Assembly (NCBI GenBank): GCA_030141605.1
Contig: JAQGDQ010000106.1
Coordinates: 186,001 to 250,000 of the forward strand
Length of the DNA stretch: 64,000 nucleotides
DNA from: Tubiluchus corallicola
Taxonomy: Eukaryota > Animalia > Priapulida
Direction of reading: 5' to 3'
Position 1 is the stretch's first letter. Every line of letters begins with the position of its first letter. This document shows positions 61,201 through 64,000 of this stretch, one piece after another. The position numbers were made by a program, and so were the translations under genes. The notes under the pieces are model-generated. The model was not told the origin of the DNA, ran no database searches, and worked only from the letters and a program-made list of their open reading frames with translations.

Positions 61201-64000
61201 ACAAGGGTGTGTATGGTCTAGTGGTTATCGTATTGAACCAGTAATTCAAAAATCCTTCGCTGATCATTTCAAGCTCAATTCTGGCTGTTTCACATTTCCG
61301 TTCTTTCGCAAGTTTTTTTTTTTTAAATTCACACATCACATTTTGCTTGCACTATATGGTACAGAGTGGTAGTAAACATTGTCTATACATTATATTAGCT
61401 TTGAAAAAGAAAGCAGGTGTATGAATAACTAAATTCAAACAATTCGTTTTTTTATTAAAACTTGTATGCTGTCAGTGCTTTGAGTGGTAGTGTTTATCTG
61501 CTGTTCATTCACATGTTAAAAGTGGGACTTGGAACCTCCGTGTTAGGCAGATTCATGTTGATTGCATTTCACTGTAGTTCATAAGTCTCAGTGAATGATA
61601 AGTTTGTAACGGTAACCCATTTTATCATCATTAATTTTAACAAACTGCAATATTGTATATAAAGTTACAATTGTGCACATATAAAAACTGTACATAAAGA
61701 TGTAGTGTATAAAAACATTTCTGTAAGAGAGATGGTTTGTAATTGACAGTCCAAAATTTAAATGTCTGACTTTACTTGCCAATACAAAGTGTCAATCAAC
61801 TTTTGACCTCATCCATCATAAGTACAAGGCAACAAAGCCTGAAATGCCACCCGGAATTCTGCACTTTTCCAAGCATAAATCAGTGGGTTCAAAGCAGAAT
61901 TTAGTGTTATTAATAGGTAACTAATTAACACCAGCCATGAAACAGAACAAAGTTTGCATAATGCTTGTATAGTTGTCACAAGTATATAAAACATCCAAGA
62001 AAGAGAAAATGCAATCAACAAAATTCCTACTGTTTGGGTTGCTTTATTTTGGGGCTCTGTAGCAGCTGCACCACTTTGCAACTGGCATACTGGTAGCTCA
62101 ATTACTCCTAAGGAATGGCGCTCTGTTCTTATTCGATTAAACTGTTTGGTTGCTTCTCTCCATATCTTTATATATGCAAAAACTAATACTAATGCTGGAA
62201 AGAAATGACACAGAAAAGTCACTACCAAGAATGATGTAGTCGCTTCAGTCACTAGGCTGTCATAATCCCTAGCTGGATGAGCTAGCATCACACACACTGG
62301 TGGGAGTGCACTTGTTAACCAAACCCCAATGATGATCCATCTTGTAGACAATACTGTGATGAGTCGCTGGTAGTGCAATGGGCACATGACAGCTATGTAT
62401 CTCTCTGTAGCAATGGCACACATATTAAACAAGCTGCATGTCCCGATGTAATAATCTAGAATTATGCTGAAAACGCTGTTCCTTAACAGTGGCAATAAAA
62501 CTGCAAAGAACAAGCCGTACAGGAGGTCAGCTATTGCAAGTGAAGTAAGAAAGTAATTACGGCAGCAATGCAAATTTTTATGTTTTATCACCGATACTAT
62601 TACTAATGTGTTGCCAGCAACTGCTGTGACTCCTATTATACCACCAGCAGCATGAAAAATTGCTGTTACTGCATCCATGTCTGGTGTATTGTGCGTATTC
62701 GTGCTTTACAAAACTCACTCGTAAGAAAATATCAAGAATTATGTATCTGCGAAACTAATTAATCGATACCATACAGGTTTTTGTCTCATATGCGCATTGT
62801 GCTGTGAAGCCTTTATTCAGAATTTGCACTTTGTCCTTCATTATTGAATTACCATGAGGTATCAGAAGAAACATCAGCATACATTTGTACAATATCGATA
62901 ATATGAATGACCTTAATGCATGTTTGTTTACACACTTTGTATTGTTACATGACGTCATTGCATGCAGCATGTTCTGTTATCAAAATGTAAATAATGTTTC
63001 AGCTACGCAACTTCTTGACAGTTTATTGAAAACTCACAATTATAAAAGATTTGCCTCCACTCTATATTCTATTAATTTTTGATCTTGTTAATGTACAAAT
63101 CTAGTTTACAAATATTTTCGACAGTGACATGTCTCAAATCTCATACAATCATGATAGTTTATGTAGTCAAATTTGCTTTAATTTTTAAGTTGACTTTGAA
63201 TTGGTTAGGCATGGAAGGTACGATTGTTGCCAAGTGTTATGCCATGTGCGTATTGCACGAACAGTGTCAGTTAATTTTTTAATTCTGTTTGTATAGGCAG
63301 GTGATATAGACATACGCAAAACAGTGGCTGAACTGGAGCAGCTGTACATTAGTTCACTTTTGAAAATAAAAGGTAATTTTTGGACTATTGTTGCGGGTAG
63401 GGTTCTGTAAAGTCTACCCCGTGTAATTACAGATCTCCTTTTTGAGCATTGTTTAAAAACAAAATTTACGCCATCTGTATTTTTACATGGTGTTATTTGC
63501 ATGCAACACATTCTGTTATGAAAATGCAAATAATGTTCAAGTGAATAAACTGTTACTAACTGTTAACGCAATGTCGAATGTTTAGGCATTACTGTTAATT
63601 GATACCGTTACTGTTAGTCATGATTTATAGACCATCAAAAGCATTAACCTTTTTATAATAACGTATTTACTTTCATTGTATATTAGCTGCACAAGCTGCC
63701 ATGTGGCTTTTAACGAAAAGCAGTATTATATACATGTTTGCAGAAGATGTCATAAAAGCATCTGCGAATGTCGGACAGAAATTTGTGGAAGCAGTAAAGG
63801 CAGAACAACTGGTGACAGCTGAGCTTATTAAACATGAGTTTCGAAATTCTTTGGAAGATTGTTTGAAAGAAAAACCATCTGAAAGCAGATGCTCCCAGTT
63901 TCCAACAAATAAAGTAACAAATGAAAATCCTCCTCAAGAATTCATGATGCTTGACCAAATCCATGCTGGGAAAGAGAAGAATTCGTCTGAACTCACAGCT
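37256..64000 (+). CDS. CEP152: Centrosomal protein of 152 kDa (Asterless orthologue); 17 coding exons in the window (~1170 codons), 3' end beyond it
   Basis: Exons 37256-37390, 40041-40228, 42326-42372, 42657-42971, 43081-43236, 43920-44059, 44781-44981, 46299-46446, 47007-47098, 47482-47618, 48173-48377, 49347-49478, 49887-50851, 51469-51673, 53264-53374, 63297-63372, 63744->64000, all phase-compatible. Motifs recognised as CEP152: acidic N-terminus EEW..KEKE|[12 protein letters not shown] (PLK4-binding region), [48 protein letters not shown], and C-terminal [17 protein letters not shown]. Confidence 0.88.
38640..39286. mobile_element. Academ-like transposon end
   Basis: Repeated gccat(c/t)ttgaa / ggcagccattttg motifs and terminus ...ttgggcctagacta (TAGTCTAG on the other strand); similar to 57050-57170. 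Confidence 0.5.
45239..46230. mobile_element. Tigger/pogo-type (Tc1-mariner) non-autonomous element
   Basis: ta|cagtaggcgctgcttaatagact ... agtctattaagtggcgcccactg|ta gives TIRs and a TA TSD; remnant transposase tail [10 protein letters not shown] at ~45910. Confidence 0.85.
54418..54912 (-). CDS. CETN2: Centrin (CETN1/2/caltractin type), 164 aa, intronless CDS, nested antisense in a CEP152 intron
   Basis: [48 protein letters not shown], four EF-hands, C-terminal MKKTSLY. ATG at 54912 (gcaATGg; the track's 54942 start is TTG); acceptor tttttag| at 54951; minus-strand AATAAA at ~53520. Confidence 0.95.
   Translation of the reverse strand: MASTGAQRKKGSQKLELTEEQRAEIREAFDLFDTDGSGRIDIKELKVAMRALGFEPKKEEVKKMIAEIDKDGSGTIDFNEFLTLMSSKMAEKDSKEEILKAFKLFDDDETGKISFKNLKRVAKELGENLTDEELQEMIEEADRDGDNEINEDEFLRIMKKTSLY
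55430..57170 (-). mobile_element. Internally deleted Academ-like DNA transposon
   Basis: caagatggc / ggccaccattttc repeat arrays flank a decayed minus-strand transposase C-terminus ([28 protein letters not shown].. and a Cys-rich tail). Confidence 0.6.
56430..56640 (-). mobile_element. Possible short non-autonomous Helitron
   Basis: Minus strand begins (at)n-aaaaccgac and ends gcggggcctttgctag|t; the terminal hairpin is weak. Confidence 0.35.
57340..58260 (+). mobile_element. Decayed LINE 3' portion
   Basis: Remnants [29 protein letters not shown]; A-rich coding-like composition with stops. Confidence 0.55.
58960..59032 (-). mobile_element. tRNA-derived SINE head (degenerate)
   Basis: Minus strand tagttcagtggtatagg (A box) ... 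gattcaggttc (B-box-like); no intact cloverleaf. Confidence 0.3.
59443..60357 (+). CDS. SLC7A6OS: RNA polymerase II nuclear localization protein SLC7A6OS/Iwr1, 304 aa, intronless, nested on the same strand in a CEP152 intron
   Basis: N-terminal [17 protein letters not shown]; YVYDYY; diagnostic Iwr1 motif [22 protein letters not shown] at 59443 (atcATGg; the track's 59425 start is GTG). Confidence 0.92.
   Translation: MAASRVTDFPSVLRVKRKRTADCVETLFVASKRRKDNTGKLTDCQTDEEKTIFRLVTSSEQAASEAVDKQIREVLKLNSRHRVSNDYAEGKNTGCASTQGRVFRYKDRCKKYKLISSQPNITTKTQRTIDFDAKEKMVSDDTESGINTDDAALSYCLFDVIGEDMSECFPLGDRSENVITCSGIPMVRKTCESKLTDYVYDYYYGDQQLSVADEILSINAYGENYVFDEYRESEEFRADDEDDSNDEDNWRNDYPEELDSEEEYMMNAYDPDSRCMMADFSEFDIDEFENYKSDGSEHCYNSAY
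61205..61295 (+). mobile_element. tRNA-derived SINE head
   Basis: A box tggtctagtgg and degenerate B box gctcaattct; not foldable to a full tRNA. Confidence 0.45.
61809..62678 (-). CDS. Class A (rhodopsin-like) orphan GPCR, amine/adenosine-receptor-like, 289 aa, intronless, nested antisense in a CEP152 intron
   Basis: GNTLVI (TM1), SLAIADL (TM2), AIATERY (TM3), W in TM4, FFPAL..AYIKI (TM5), FSLSW (TM6), NSALNPLIY (TM7), EFR helix 8. Confidence 0.93.
   Translation of the reverse strand: MDAVTAIFHAAGGIIGVTAVAGNTLVIVSVIKHKNLHCCRNYFLTSLAIADLLYGLFFAVLLPLLRNSVFSIILDYYIGTCSLFNMCAIATERYIAVMCPLHYQRLITVLSTRWIIIGVWLTSALPPVCVMLAHPARDYDSLVTEATTSFLVVTFLCHFFPALVLVFAYIKIWREATKQFNRIRTERHSLGVIELPVCQLQSGAAATEPQNKATQTVGILLIAFSLSWMFYILVTTIQALCKLCSVSWLVLISYLLITLNSALNPLIYAWKSAEFRVAFQALLPCTYDG

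Noticed and set aside
61205-61295. Functional tRNA gene
   Set aside because: A box present, but the B box is degenerate and there are no acceptor or T stems; treated as a SINE head.

Overview
AT-rich, intron-bearing invertebrate (metazoan) nuclear DNA; species not determinable from the window. Seven protein-coding genes were reconstructed by hand with GT-AG, phase-consistent exons. TM9SF2 (-, single coding exon) lies head-to-head with PSMA3 (+, 10 exons). TKFC/dihydroxyacetone kinase (-, 16 exons) lies head-to-head with a CEP152/Asterless orthologue (+, at least 17 coding exons, running off the window). The most striking structure is a ~9.9-kb CEP152 intron (53375-63296) holding three intact genes with intronless CDSs: a centrin (antisense), SLC7A6OS/Iwr1 (same strand as the host) and an atypical class A GPCR (antisense). 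Other signals: splice acceptors 14-39 nt upstream of five start codons (5'UTR introns or SL trans-splicing), overlapping uORFs, a pentadecad coiled-coil exon in CEP152, a ~380-bp fold-back, a 52-bp VNTR, and many decayed hAT, pogo, Academ, Helitron, LINE and SINE elements. All family calls come from motif recognition; no database search was run.
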